A stretch of DNA of 64,000 nucleotides from Eledone cirrhosa (lineage: Eukaryota): NCBI GenBank assembly GCA_964016885.1, contig OZ024740.1, forward strand, positions 87,048,001 to 87,112,000, read 5' to 3'. The notes under the pieces are model-generated. The model had not been told where the DNA came from. It saw nothing but the letters and a program-made list of their open reading frames with translations, and searched no databases. Positions 1 through 13,554 of the stretch are shown here, one piece after another. Each line of letters opens with the position of its first letter. Position 1 is the first letter of the stretch. The position numbers and the translations under genes were made by a program.

Positions 1-214
1 ACTTCCTTATTTTGTGCTAAGTGAATGAACGAGTGAATAACAGAAGCAATAATTTCATGTAAGAAAGCCAAAGTTATGTTTAATGGGATTTAAATGAGAA
101 ATGATATTTGCAATAGCATAAATAACTAAACTTACATGATAGATATTGTGATAATTTTCATTGTCAGTGGATTTCAAAATATTGTAAGATAATAAAGATA
201 GTGATAATATGTAA

Positions 215-858
215 AGTGGTTGTGATGGTGACACAACAAAATGCACCCAGCCTACACTGTAAAGTGGTGTAACAATAAAAAGTACCAGTCCACACTGTCA
301 AGTGATTGTGCAGGTATCACAACAAAAAGTACCCAGTACTCACTGTAAAGTGGTCGTGTTGGTGTCACAACAAAAGCCACCCAGTATTCACTGTAAATGA
401 GGTTGGTGTTAGGAAGAGCATCTATCTGTAGAAACCCAGCCAAAATCAGTTCTGTATGAGCAAGACATAGTCACCTAACCTGGCATTGTTCACAACAGGA
501 TAACTCGTCTAACCCATGCTAGCATGGAAAAACGGATGTTAAATGGTTGTGATGATGATGATAATATGTATGTGGGTATGTATGTGTTGATAAAAAAGTT
601 GAAATGAAATAGATGTGATAAAAATGTCAAACATATTTTAGGTTATTAATGTTTAAATCATATATTGAATTAGAATAGATAAAAAGCACCCAGTACACAC
701 TACAAATGTGGTTGGTGTTGGAAGGGAATCCAGCTATAGAAACCAAGCCAAAAACCAGTTCTGTATGAGCGAGACATGATCAGCTGACTTGTTTCACAAT
801 GAGACAACTCATCTAACACATGCTAGCATGGAAAATAGATGTCAAACGATGATGATGA
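215..858 (+). mobile_element. Two tandem RTE-derived short elements with (GAT)n tails; further copies at ~5955-6140, 9045-9310, 33625-33765, 43170-43585, 55760-55985(-), 62560-62725
   Basis: Repeated ~48-bp units aaaagcacccag..cacactgtaaagtgg, motif ggttggtgttaggaagggcatccagctgtagaaa, tail aacccatgctagcatggaa...gatgatgat. Confidence 0.85.
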
Positions 859-889
859 ATGAATGCAAAACATTTAAAAAAAATAAATA

Positions 890-3002
890 TGTGGAATTAT
901 ATAAGGCTACTAAATGAGGAGAATAAATGGGAGAAAGACAGTCTCCCCCATATCGACCCGATAGAGGGACCAGCAGTGTTAGTCGAGGGGAGTATAATAA
1001 GTAAGGCAATCAAGGATATGAAGACTGGTAAGGCGGCTGGGCCTTCGGAAATAGTTGCTGAGATGCTGAAGGCATCTGGCACGGTGGGACACACCATGGT
1101 CACCCGCATAGTTAACCAAGTCGTACAGAATGGGGTTGTTCCGAAGGACTGGCATAGCAGCATCATCGTTAACTGTTATAAGGGTAAAGGAGACGCCCTA
1201 GATAGGAGTAACTATAGAGGCATTAAATTAATCGACCAGGTCATGAAGGTCACGGAAAAAGTAATAGCGCAACTAATCAGAGAGAGAATTGATCTAGATG
1301 AAATGCAGTTCGGGTTTGTGTCAGGCAAAAGCACCACAGACGCTCTTTTCATAGTACGACAACTACAGGAGAAGTACCTAGCTAAAGGTAAACCCCTCTA
1401 CTTAGCTTTTGTCGACCTGGAGAAAGCCTTCGACAGAGTCCCCCGCTCCATTATCTGGTGGGCTCTTAGAAAACTAGGCGTTGACGAATGGCTTGTGAGG
1501 GCTATACAAGCCATGTATAAAGAAACAGTCAGCAAGGTTAGAATTAACAACGAATATAGTGAAGAGTTTAGCGTAAAAGTTGGCGTCCATCAGGGCTCTG
1601 TTCTCAGCCCCCTACTATTTATTATTGCCCTTCAGGCTATAACAGAGGAGTTCAAGACAGGCTGCCCATGGGAACTCCTATACGCAGACGACCTGACACT
1701 CATAGCGGAATCAATGGCCGAGCTAGAGAAGAAATTCCAAACATGGAAGCACGGCCTAGAGTCAAAAGTACTTAAAATTAACCTGGCTAAGACCAAAGTT
1801 CTAGTTTGTAGGAAAGAAAACAAGGCGGCAGTCCCTTCTGGGAAATGGTCGTGCTCGGTATGTAGGAAATGCGTAGGTAGAAACTCCATCTTATGTCCTA
1901 AATGCAAAGTATGGGTGCATAAAAGATGTAGTGGGATCACAGGTAAGCTAACTAAGAACATAGACTTTACATGTGGCCGGTGTTCTGGTGCAATAAGTAG
2001 CAGCAAGTGCCCACAAAATTCTAGCTCTTTCAATTGCGCAGAGGGTTCTATAGAAATAGTGGACAGCTTCCGTTACCTGGGCGATAAAATCAGCAGTGGG
2101 GGAGGGTGCTCTGAAAGTACTGTAGCTAGAGTCAGAACTGGTTGGAAAAAGTTCAGAGAGCTTATACCACTATTAGCTGCTAAAGGGTTCTCCCTAAAAA
2201 TGAAAGGCAGGTTGTACGATGCCTGCATACGAACAGCAATGTTGCATGGTAGTGAGACCTGGGCATTGTGTGCAGAGGATATACGCAGACTAGAGAGGAA
2301 CGAAGCTTGCATGCTCCGCTGGATGTGTAACAGTAATATACGTGAACGGCAAAGCATAAACGAACTAAGGAAAAAATTAGAGATAAGAGGGATCAGATGT
2401 TGTTTACTCGAGAGAAGGCTGCGTTGGTATGGACACGTGATGCGCATGAAAGTCGATAGCTGTATTACAAAGTGCAGGGCAATAAATATAGACGGTAGCC
2501 ACGGAATAGGCAGACCTAGAAAAACATGGGATGAGCTGATAAACTCCGACCTCACACACTTACACCTCTCCAAGACAATGTCACTGGACCGTGACCTTTG
2601 GCGGTACTCAGTAACAGAGAAGACCCGCCTTGCCAGTAGGCATCTCTAACAAACTACACCCCGTCCCGCCACCACCCCCACCCCATCCACACCACCCCGT
2701 TCTATGTAAAGTTATGTTGGTGCCGCGCCATCCAGGCCGAAACAAATGAGATCGTGTAGGTGTCACGACAAAAAAACACACAGTCCACGCTGTAATGTGG
2801 CCGTGTAGGCAACACGGTAAAAACCTCCCAGACCCACACTGTAAATGTGGTTGGTGTTAGGAAGGGCATCCAACTGTAGAAAACCTGCCAGACAGTCCTA
2901 TGCGAGCAAGACAATCACTCTTGCCTCAAGTGGGACTACCCCCGTCCAAACCCATGCAAGCGTGGAACACGGACGTTAAACGTTGATGATGATGATGATG
3001 AT
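890..3002 (+). mobile_element. RTE-clade LINE, 5'-truncated copy A; open RT frame 859-2649, 3' module and (GAT)n tail
   Basis: RT motifs KGKGD..NYRGI, QFGF, FVDLEKAFDRV, GVHQGSVLSPLLF, LLYADD, FRYLG and the RTE C-terminal RRLRWYGHV/GRPRKTW; no endonuclease domain; ends in gatgatgat. Confidence 0.95.
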
Positions 3003-6000
3003 ATAAATTGTTTTAGTAGTTATATAATCAGTTTTGTAGTGTGTTCAATGTATTTTGAAAAAAAGAAGGATAAATAAATAAGAGTAAATATGTGAATCAT
3101 CATATAATTAAAGGATCTATTTCAATTATGAGAAACAGTGTGGGGATAATTTCAGGTTAGGCTTATACATTAATTTATCTTTGCAGACAAACTGTAATGG
3201 TTTGTTTAAATAGATAATACAAATTAGCATCAACAAAATTAACATTTATCAGAGAATAGCTTGGAAATAAGGAAAAGTTGAATATGATGCTGATGATTTC
3301 ATATATCATCATCATCATTTAACATCTTCTTCCCTAAAACACACACACACGTATATATCATTATCATTTGCTTTTTCTTGCTCTATGGGTTTAATGAGAA
3401 TTTTTCAGCTAACATTCTAAGATGGTTGTTGTTCTTGATACCAGCATTTATTTACTTTTAAGTATGGTACCTATTTCATTGAACTTCTAAGCTGTGAGGC
3501 ATATTTTTTATGCTGGACATTGTCAAAGTGAAGAAATATTCAGAGACAAATATAGTCACATACATACATATACACACAGCAAAATTTTACATAATTTCCT
3601 TCACCCAAATTTTCATTAGTAAGATATTGGCCAGCCCGAGTTAATAAAAGACATTTGCTCAAGCTTCCATGCAGGAAAATCACACCCAAAACCATATGGT
3701 TACAAAGTAAATGTCTTAATAACACAGACATATAATATATCAAGTCCTAGATTAATATGCCTGAAAAAAAAAAAAAAAGATGGCTACAACTGGAATGACA
3801 AAGGGCAAAACAAGATTAATGTTACAGATAGCAAAATTTCCCTATATACACACAACAAATAGCAAATACAACAGCACTAAAACACCTCCATGTCGAAAAT
3901 AGAAACTAATAACAAATGAAATAAGAATGAAAATTCTGCAAGTAGACACCAATGGAATAAATACTGGTGTCATAATAAATATACAAGATACAAGGCTACA
4001 AGAAATAATTAAATGCAACACAAGTCTCTCATAGCATTTCAATATGCTAACATAAACACCACAGGCAAAGCAAGCAATATCATTGCTTGCATAACACAAT
4101 ATAAATTTCGCAAAATAACAGCTTCCTTATTCACATCAAGTGAAAAACAAGCTTTCAATATACAAACACTTTAAGAAAAGAAAACATCACTTAAACAGTG
4201 ATAATATCTATGGTCCACACAAATTCTCTGTGAATTAAGAAGTAGACTTGATGCGAAACACTTGACATATTCCATTACAATATATTACATATGTAAACTA
4301 TATCAGTAACACAAGACCTCAATGTGTACTTTCTACTAAAGGTTTTATTTTTCAATATCTGATATACACACCAAATTATCACTGAATACCATTTCTATAT
4401 TCATCATATTGCACTCTATTCAATCTAAAATTGATACCTCTTTCCCACATAACAGCCAGCATCCTCACCTGTAATTGTAGCATCAGTATACTTAATAGAC
4501 ATAAACAAATGACATGTGGTACATTCTGACTCTTTACCAATACTCATTGCTCACAAACACAATTCATTTACTCCAAAATAACACAAAGATACACAGAACT
4601 AACACAACCTCACTAAGTATATTAAAAAATATACTATAAACAGAGGTTATACCAACAAACAAATAATATTCTCATAAAATGTATGCTAGATTCACAAAGA
4701 ATATATATTTCAGAAGAAAAATACTCAATACATAGGGGAGAGAAAAAAAAGATATCATCTGAGATTTAATAACAATTTTTCTGTGCTAGCATAGTTCAAT
4801 AAAATACCCCAGACCTACTTATTTAGTAACGAAATAAATAAATACAACCATTGAATATAATATACATGCAATTAATAATGTAAACAATAATGTAAACCCA
4901 ACTAGAACATTTATTTTTAGAGAAGAACAAATTGCATAATCTCAAAATATCAAAATACTAAGCCAGTTATTTGTAAATATGTTCACAGACAATATAAGCC
5001 ACCTGAAGAGAAGCCCACAAAAACTAATGTGGAAATCACAAAAAATAAGTTCAATGTAAGCAACTACACACACAAAATTCAACTAAAACCTTGAAATTGC
5101 AGCCACTTTATATCTCATAAGAATTCATTGTTGTTTTAGAGATTAATATCACACCACACACATAGAAATTCATGCCTACCATAACATTTTTTTTTTAAAT
5201 GAAAGCTGGGACAAGTATACAGAATTTAGGTACCAATTACATAAATGCTCAAAAGAATTGTGCTCTGAGAAGATTCGTATTAAAACAAAATTCATTTCAC
5301 TTACTTATAATTTGTGCTTTAAGCAAACTAATGATACAATTAATCCTTGTTATCTTATAACAGGAGTGGATTATCAGATCAGATCAAGGGAACAATGTTT
5401 CCATTGTTCTTTCCATTGCTATCTACCTGTCACAACTCATGGCAGAAGTAGCAACATAAAATAAATTTTTTTTTGTTCAAGAACACAAAACATCAGTCCA
5501 GAAATCGAACACATGACTTTATTATCAACACCCTAACCACTAAAATTTGTGCTTTCACATGTTATCTTCTAAATCTTTTAAATACAAAGAAACCCAATAC
5601 CATAACAAAATAAACCTCACAGTACAATTTAAGACATCAGGCACCTTCAAATGACCTATGTAACAGCAAAATCTGAATGTAAGTGTTTGCAAAGTGTTCT
5701 CTGTTTTCTAAATGCCACAGACACATACACACACAACAGTATATACCAACAACTGTAAAATATATATGATACATTTTGACATCAGAACAGTAACAAACAC
5801 CATATATTCACACAGACAATGTTTAGAACTGGTATACAACAAAAACAATGTCAATAGTATTTTATTCTAGACCATTGTCTCCTAAAGTGATTTCTAAAGA
5901 ACTGAGTTTCCATGAGATAAAATTTCTGACTAAAATTCAATATAATGTACAGTCTCACACTGTAAATGTGGTTAGTGCTAGGAAGGGCATCCAGCTGTAA

Positions 6001-9000
6001 AAACCCCGGCCAAATTTACAGTCTCATCAGAGCAAAGTACTGTGTGGTCAATCCTGGCTAGACTTGTCTCTCGATGTGGACAACCCATCTGACCTATACA
6101 AGCATGAAAAAAATGGATGTGATGATGATGATGATGATTTGATTATAAATATATGTTGTTGTTTTCTTGTATGAATAAATTTTCTTCTTAAGACAATTTT
6201 TATTTCATTTAATAATATCAACTGAACCGAGACCATATAGGGTTGAGAGTCCTGTGAAAAGCCTGATCTCTCAAGTGTTGATGCACAATAAAATGCATCC
6301 ACTGCACTCTGAAAAGTGGTAAAAAGTACCCAGTGTCTTTGTAAATGTTCTCCAACTATTCCAGTCAGAAATTGTTTACAACCTATCCAAACCTTCCAAG
6401 CATATAAGTAAATGTAAAATAATTATGATGATGATGATGATGATTAATAACTTCACAAATTACATGGCGAGGCATGCTTATAAAATATAAGTAGGGTTCT
6501 ATGAATTTTGGAAAGTTAGATAAAGTTTCCATGACAAAATAGGTTTAGGAACCAATGCACTAGACTCGACACAAGAATCTTAATACTTTTTAGGATAAGT
6601 ATATTTTAGAAATGAATATTCCAAAACCTCATAGAAGCATTCATACTAGAATAAATAGAAAAAAGTGATACAAATAAGCATTGCTCTTTTATTGGTGAAA
6701 AATAAGATATTAGTTGGGATTTCTACTTGACAAATGATGACAAGACTATTTTAAAAAATAAGCTGTGAGATATTCTTGTCAGCATATTACATATAGAGTC
6801 CTATTCTCTAAAGAGGAGAGTGAGTATAGATGTGATTAACACCGAATGCTAACATTAGACCTGGCTAGGTTTTCTTAGATTACTTCAAATGGTAATGATA
6901 ACAAAAATTTGCAATATTTTTTGTGTGATTTTTATTCTCTTGGTCTTTTAATATTATGTGCTTTCAAAGAATAGTTTAATTAAAAGATTTAAATTTTTAG
7001 GTTAGTGCAGTTATGTAGTTTACAGATCAGGAAGTAACAACAACAAAGAAAGAATTAAGATCAGTGGAATTAAAAGCAGTCATGCCACAAAAATAACATG
7101 AGATATTTAATTTAAGTTTGGAGCAAACAAGATGTTAATAAACCAACTGTAAACATAGCATGATTATATTTTTAAATGCTTTATTTACTTTTGTAATTTT
7201 AATCCCTTTCTCTGATAAACTATTTTCTCCTTCAACAATTTATTCTCATTTGAAGAGATAAATTTACATTAAATTAATGCAATATTAATTTAAAAGCAGA
7301 ACATTTAGATAGATTTATTAACAAAGTTTAGCTATATGAAGGAATTTTCTTTTCATTTTGAAGGTTTTCACTGAACTTAACAGTTAGAATTTTAATCATA
7401 CATTAGAAAAACTTTATGAATAACAATCATGCATTGCGTTAGACAAAACTGTAAATATGTGTGTGTATGAATATGGGTGAATAACCGAAGTAAAAAAAGT
7501 AATGCTTATGAATATTATCTCTCCTTCAATTTCTTTATGTTGTCATTAACAAGTTTTATGCAGCCCTAATTCCTTGATTAATATCCTAAAAAATTGAAAT
7601 CATTCATATGGACATTATATTGTTTTTACTTCCTGTTTATAACCCTTCACTTCTTTAACAAGAATTGATGGCTTTAATTCCCAGTTGACTTCTTAGTGAG
7701 AAACATCTCAGTTAATTAATTAATCATTTCATTTTTTTTTTTTTTTATAAAATCTCATGACTCTGGCCAGGTTTCAGTTGGCATAGTGTCATAAGTGCAC
7801 CATTATGATTTTGGGTTCCATCCTACTGCATTGCACTTCTGGAAATTTTTTTTCCACTATAGTGTTGGGCCAAGCATTGATTTAAGAATGAATGTGTGTG
7901 TGTATATATATATAGACAAAAACGGCGAATCGGTCATTAGAATGTTGGATAGAATGCTTTACGGTATTCATTCCGGCTCTCTACTATCTGAGTTCAAATC
8001 CTACCGAGGTCAACTTTGCCTTTCATCCTTTTGAAGTGGATAAAAAAAAGTACCAGTGTTGTACTGGGGTGATTTCTTCCTTTATATCTCTTTCTCATTT
8101 CCCCTCTCTCACTTTCTATCTTTCTCTGGAAGAAATCTGCTGCACTCAGGCCTGGAGCAGAATGGGCTCTGCCAGGCTCAAAATGCCCAAGAAATGCTGT
8201 ATGTCAATAAGGAGCCCCTACAACTTTATTAGGAGTTATGGGACCATACATACATATACAGACATAGGTATTTTCTGTTTAAATTTCATCCACATGTTGA
8301 TATAAAGATAAAGTAATTAACATTAATCACCATATTTTCACCAGTTTTAACATTTTTAAGGTATCACATCAATCAGTCATTCATAGTATAGTCACATGGT
8401 TACACGCCTGTATTAGTATCTGCTTATACAGTGGTTGGGTTTCTATATAAGCTTGCAAATATGACAAAGTTAAAGGTAGACTTGCTTTACTATGAATGCC
8501 TGTTGTAGGACCAAATATATTATCAATCAATAAGTATTCTCAGGTAAGGTGATAATGGACGTACGTGAAAGTTTAAGAAGTCAGTAAAATTAAACTGTTT
8601 CTGTAAGTTTATTTACCTATTATTAATGTACATGAAACTGTTTAACAATTGTTTAAGTCTATCATTACCTAATAAGTATATGAGTAGGTAGTAGCAATTA
8701 TATAATAGGTAGTCCTACATATGTTATAATAGTATATTAAGTGGATTCATATTTACTATAGTAGAATGAGTAGGAATTCATGTGCAAGCACATGGAAAAA
8801 GTTTCAGCTTTCTTATTTAGGATTGGTAAGTCAGATAGATTATTAGGAGACACTGTGTGAGATAAAGTTATTGCCTCTCAATGGAATATTTACGTTCTGT
8901 GATTTTCAGTCTTAAACTTCCTGTAATATAACTCATTGATTACACCCTGAATTTTATGTCTTGCATGATTTAACCTGAATAACACATCAAGATTCAATGC

Positions 9001-11904
9001 ACCTAGTTAAAATATGAGTGGATTGATTCACTTTCAATTATTCTTGTAAAGTGGTCGTTTAGGTGTCACGACAAAAAGCACCCAGTCCACACTGTAGTGT
9101 AGTCATGTAGGAGACATAGCAAAAAGCACCCAGCACATACTGTAAATGTGGTTGGCATTAGAAAAGGCATCCAGCTGTAGAAAACCAGCCAGAAATAGAC
9201 CTATACAAGCGAGACATGGTCACCCGACCCAACTTGCTTCTAATGGGACAAACCTGTTGAACCCATGCTAGCATGGAAGATAGACGATGATGACGATGAT
9301 GATGATGATATATATATATATATAAATAATGGAAATTGTGAGTACTTTAACATTTTCATATGTTTCAGCTGTTGAAACAATAATTCCCCTCTGATTCATG
9401 GCTAAGCTTCCTGGCTGGGAATGTTGCCTTATAATTCATCCTGTGCATGAGCTCCAAATGGATTTGTTAGGCAAATTGAAAGCAATGAGATCGAAATCAT
9501 CGTATTTCGATATAAAACATCATTATTATATGTATATATGTGTCTGTCTCTATGTGTGTCTTGATATTGACACAATTTAATGCAAGTGTAATATTTGTTT
9601 ATCTCCCACAGCTTATGGGTTTGACGACGGACAGAGGTATATACCAAACTTATAAACAAAGTAAGGATTGGTGCCAGGAAGGGCACCTGACCAGAGATAA
9701 ACTGCCTCAAATTGTCTTGTCCACCTCATGTCAACATGGAAAAGTGGCCATGATAATTAGGATGACTATGATGACCTTTTGCACTTACACTATATATTGC
9801 TCTGGTGTGCACTAGACAACAGTTCTCAATTGATGTTAGCTATTGTTATTAGAATTATTGCTGGCTTTAAATTTAAGTTAACAATGAAACAACACTTATC
9901 AAGATATGATACTGCCTTGATGGTTTCTTGAGATTAACTTTGGTGATATGTTTGTTACATCAATACCCTAGGAACATCAAGTACATTGGCTGTGTACAGT
10001 CAGAAAAGAAAGGAAGTGAGTGAGAGAAAGAACGAGAAAGTGAATGAGAGAAAAAGAGAAAGAGTGTGTGAGTGTTAACTGGACTAGCTATTAAATGAAG
10101 TAACAAGGTTTCAAACAGTGCATTGACTCTATGCAAGTCTGTTTACTTGGCTAAAACAGTAAAACAAAATGGTTAGTCTCACTAAGAACTCCTATCAGTG
10201 AAATACTTAGACTAACAACTTAATGAAGGACAATAAAGTTTTGGTGATAATTCCTTTGCTGTCTTCAGTTATTGGACTGTGGTCGTGCTGGGGCACCACA
10301 TTCAGGGGATTTAGTTAATCATATCAACCCCAATACTTATTTTTTGTAGGACATAAGCCAACAGTAAACAAAAACACATAAACATGAACATATATATATA
10401 CAACATATATAACTTCGCATAATACCTGTCAAAAACGACAGGGATTATTGTAAAAAATATTTTATTTAATAATTCCTTGATTACAACACTATGTAAAGAG
10501 GTTTGTATCATCGATTTTTCCTGCACCTTCTACCTTTTATCACACAAGTTATGGTTGTATCTGATTGTCTGTCAATCTATCTATCTTTGGACTACTATTG
10601 GGATTTGTGCTTAGTTGTTGTTATTGCGGGTAGATAGAAAGATGTATTTATTGTCAAAAGGTAGATATAAAGGTTTGTAGCTATTGATAGTTCAGTTTGA
10701 CCACTGATGACCATGTCAACACATGTGAAAAAGATGGGTAGGTAGGAAGACATCAAATAACAATTTCCCAAATGAATATAGCACGAAGTGATTGTCATGT
10801 GATTCTTGTGGTTTATTTATATAGATATTTAAAGTCATATAAAATATTACACAAAATTCACATTTTATACGGAAAAAAATGTATGCTCTCTGGTCTTCAC
10901 ATTATATAAATATTTCAACTTAAAATCTAGAAATAACCCTTTACTGTTTCGTTATTGGTGGCAATGCCATTGATAATGAAGGCATAAAGAAAATTATTAC
11001 TGCAAAATCTGTCTCAGAGTAAGACTTGGTGATGCATAGCAAGCCAATATTGCTACACATTGCTGTCAGAAACATTTGTCTCTCCTCTTCCACACATGTT
11101 ATTGTGCACCTGACACTACCTATATGCAAATTTGTTTATGCCTTGCAATTGATCATTGCTGTTTATATATCAAAGGAGGGCAGAACAATTTTTGAGATGT
11201 TGGGGCATAGTGCACAAAAGGTTGGGAATCACTGTGCTAGATGTAACATTATGCATGAACATCATGGTTTAAACTTTTATTTTCCAAATTGTTTACTGAA
11301 CCTAAGTAACAAGCTAATATTCTTATACAAGATGAAGGACCCTCACTTAATATATACATTAACTGTACCCATAAAATATCTTGGAAATTTGATGTATTTA
11401 ATCTTTTAACCAGATTAAGTTAATCGGAAACATTATGGCTGTAAGTTATGTTTAAACTAAATGTAACTTATAGTAGAAAGTTAGAGAACTGGTGTTAACC
11501 TACCTATCCTTTTTGGTCACAAAATAATGAACCCACACCCCAGAGAATTATGTTGTAAGCTACTATATAAAAGTAGATTAGAAATACTTCAGATTAAGTG
11601 TGACATGAAGTTCTAAGTAAACTAAATGCAAATACATTATAGTGTATGCAATGATATAGATTGACAGTAGCATTTCTTGGTTATTGTAGCGTGAATAGAT
11701 GGAGTGATTTACTACCTTCCTACTAGCAACTCTAGAAATCCTAACAGTAATGACATTTTTCTTTTTAATTCTTCTTCTTCATCACTGATCAGCTGTATGT
11801 AATTCTTAACACGTCAAATCTCTGTTGCAAGATACAACATATAGTTTATTCATTTAAAATGAACATATCACAGATTCTATACTATAAGTAAATATTTCTT
11901 ATAT

Positions 11905-12780
11905 GCAGAAGATATGCGAAAACTGTATAGAAATGAGGCAAGCATGCTTCAATGGATATGCAATGTTAGTGTGTGAGAATGAAAAGAGTATGAGGGAGAA
12001 ACTGGGTATAATTAGATGTAGTGTGCAGGAGAGGAGATGGCGTTGGTATGGACATGCGATGCGCATGGATAATGATCTCTAGGTGAAGAAGTGCCAAATA
12101 ATCCTAGTGGAGAGAGGCAGCAGAAGAAAGACCAAGGAAGTCCTGGATGGAAGTGGTGAGAACTGATCTCAGATTACTGAAGCTCATGGAACAGAAGACA
12201 AAGGAACGCAACAAGTGGAAAGATACTGTACTGAGAAGTTGTAGTGCACCTGAGCACTGTACACAATATTTCATTATTATTATATGCAAGTGTGGAACAA
12301 TGAATGTATAATGATGATGATATACAAGGGAAATCAAAATAACCTATGTATCAACTCCTTAGGCATAGGTAAAGGGTAGATTGTATGATGCCTATACACA
12401 ATGTGGAATGCTGAATGGCACTGAGACATCTATGGTAAATGCAGAGAGTATGTGTAGACTTGAGAGAAAGGAAGCATGCATGCACCATTGGATGTATAAT
12501 GCTAAAGAACATGCATGGAAGAGCTAAAAAAAAACTAGATATAAGAGGAAGCAGATGTAGTGTAAAAGAAGACTGTGCTGATGTGGACAGGTAATTCATA
12601 TGGAGGATAATCATTGGGTAAAAAAGAGCTAAGAGATCTGAGTGAAAGGCTGCTGAGGTAAAGAATGCTCTCGGAAGACCTGGGCAGAAGAGGTTACGGC
12701 TGATCATCAAATTCTGAATCTCACAGTAGAGGAAAGCTGTGCTGGAAAAGACTCATCCAACCTTTAATAAGATACAAAAT
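11905..12780 (+). mobile_element. Two degenerate RTE 3' fragments
   Basis: Decayed EDMRKL..NEASML.WICN, RRWRWYGHAMRM and RPRKSW motifs, present twice. Confidence 0.75.
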
Positions 12781-13428
12781 GTTTATGATGATTTTATATA
12801 ATCTTCATCTTAAATTGATTTGAGGGTTTCTTTGAATTACATTCTTATATATATCTCTTTTAAGGAAGATTGATGGTGGTCAGCATTGAACACATCCCTT
12901 TTAGCTATTTTTACAATACCTTTTGCCCAAAGAACAATTTGTTTCTTACCATTACTTCATCTTTCTAAAGTCTGTCTTGAAACCAGAGGCTTATCAGGCC
13001 AATGCTTAACTTGGTTTCTATAGTGTTAAGAAATTCAGAATACAAGACTACCCCCTGGACAGGATGCCAGTCCAACACAGTTATTACTGGTACTCCTTTT
13101 CAGCTAAGTATACTGGTGCAACATGAAATCATGTGTTATGCTCAAGAACACAACACACATCTCAGTCCAGGAATCAAACACACATTATGATCCTAAGTCG
13201 AACCCCCCCCCCCCTTACTGCTAAGCCACATGCCTCCACATTACTTCATTACAGCACTAATAATTTGAATTTAAGCTGAACATTATCTATGCAACCTTAA
13301 TGCAATTAAGAAGAATAAGGAAATCTTGTGTAAAATCAATGGAGATAATACACAAAGAAAAATGAATTATATAAGTGATATTCTTTTATAATTATGAAAT
13401 ATCCCTTTTCTAGCTATAATGTACTTAC

Positions 13429-13554
13429 TTGTATACCACTTGAGGGAAGCTAATGGATTTCCTCCGATGGCTGTGCAAGTTAACTTTGCTGTTTCTCCAG
13501 AATGTACTGCGCTGCCTGGGCTATAACCAGAAATTGTGGGACTGGCAGGAGGAT
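13429..13554 (-). CDS. Nephrin-like gene, exon encoding first half of Ig domain 5
   Basis: ttgtAG acceptor, GTaagt donor; 126 nt; (Y)PPASPTISGYSPGSAVHSGETAKLTCTAIGGNPLASLKWYT; next exon not found within the window. Confidence 0.88.

Noticed and set aside
215-430. Regular ~48-bp repeats resembling a CRISPR array
   Set aside because: Eukaryotic context, no unique spacers, no cas genes; internal units of the RTE-derived short element
859-890. ATG at 859 as true start of the RT ORF
   Set aside because: First residues come from flanking DNA; the element is 5'-truncated and lacks the endonuclease
897-2573. Minus-strand ORFs overlapping LINEs and the transposase
   Set aside because: Antisense shadows of the real reading frames
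10698-10742. CUGAUGA...GAAA hammerhead-like core
   Set aside because: No NUH triplet before stem I and mismatched stem II base; at best a decayed copy
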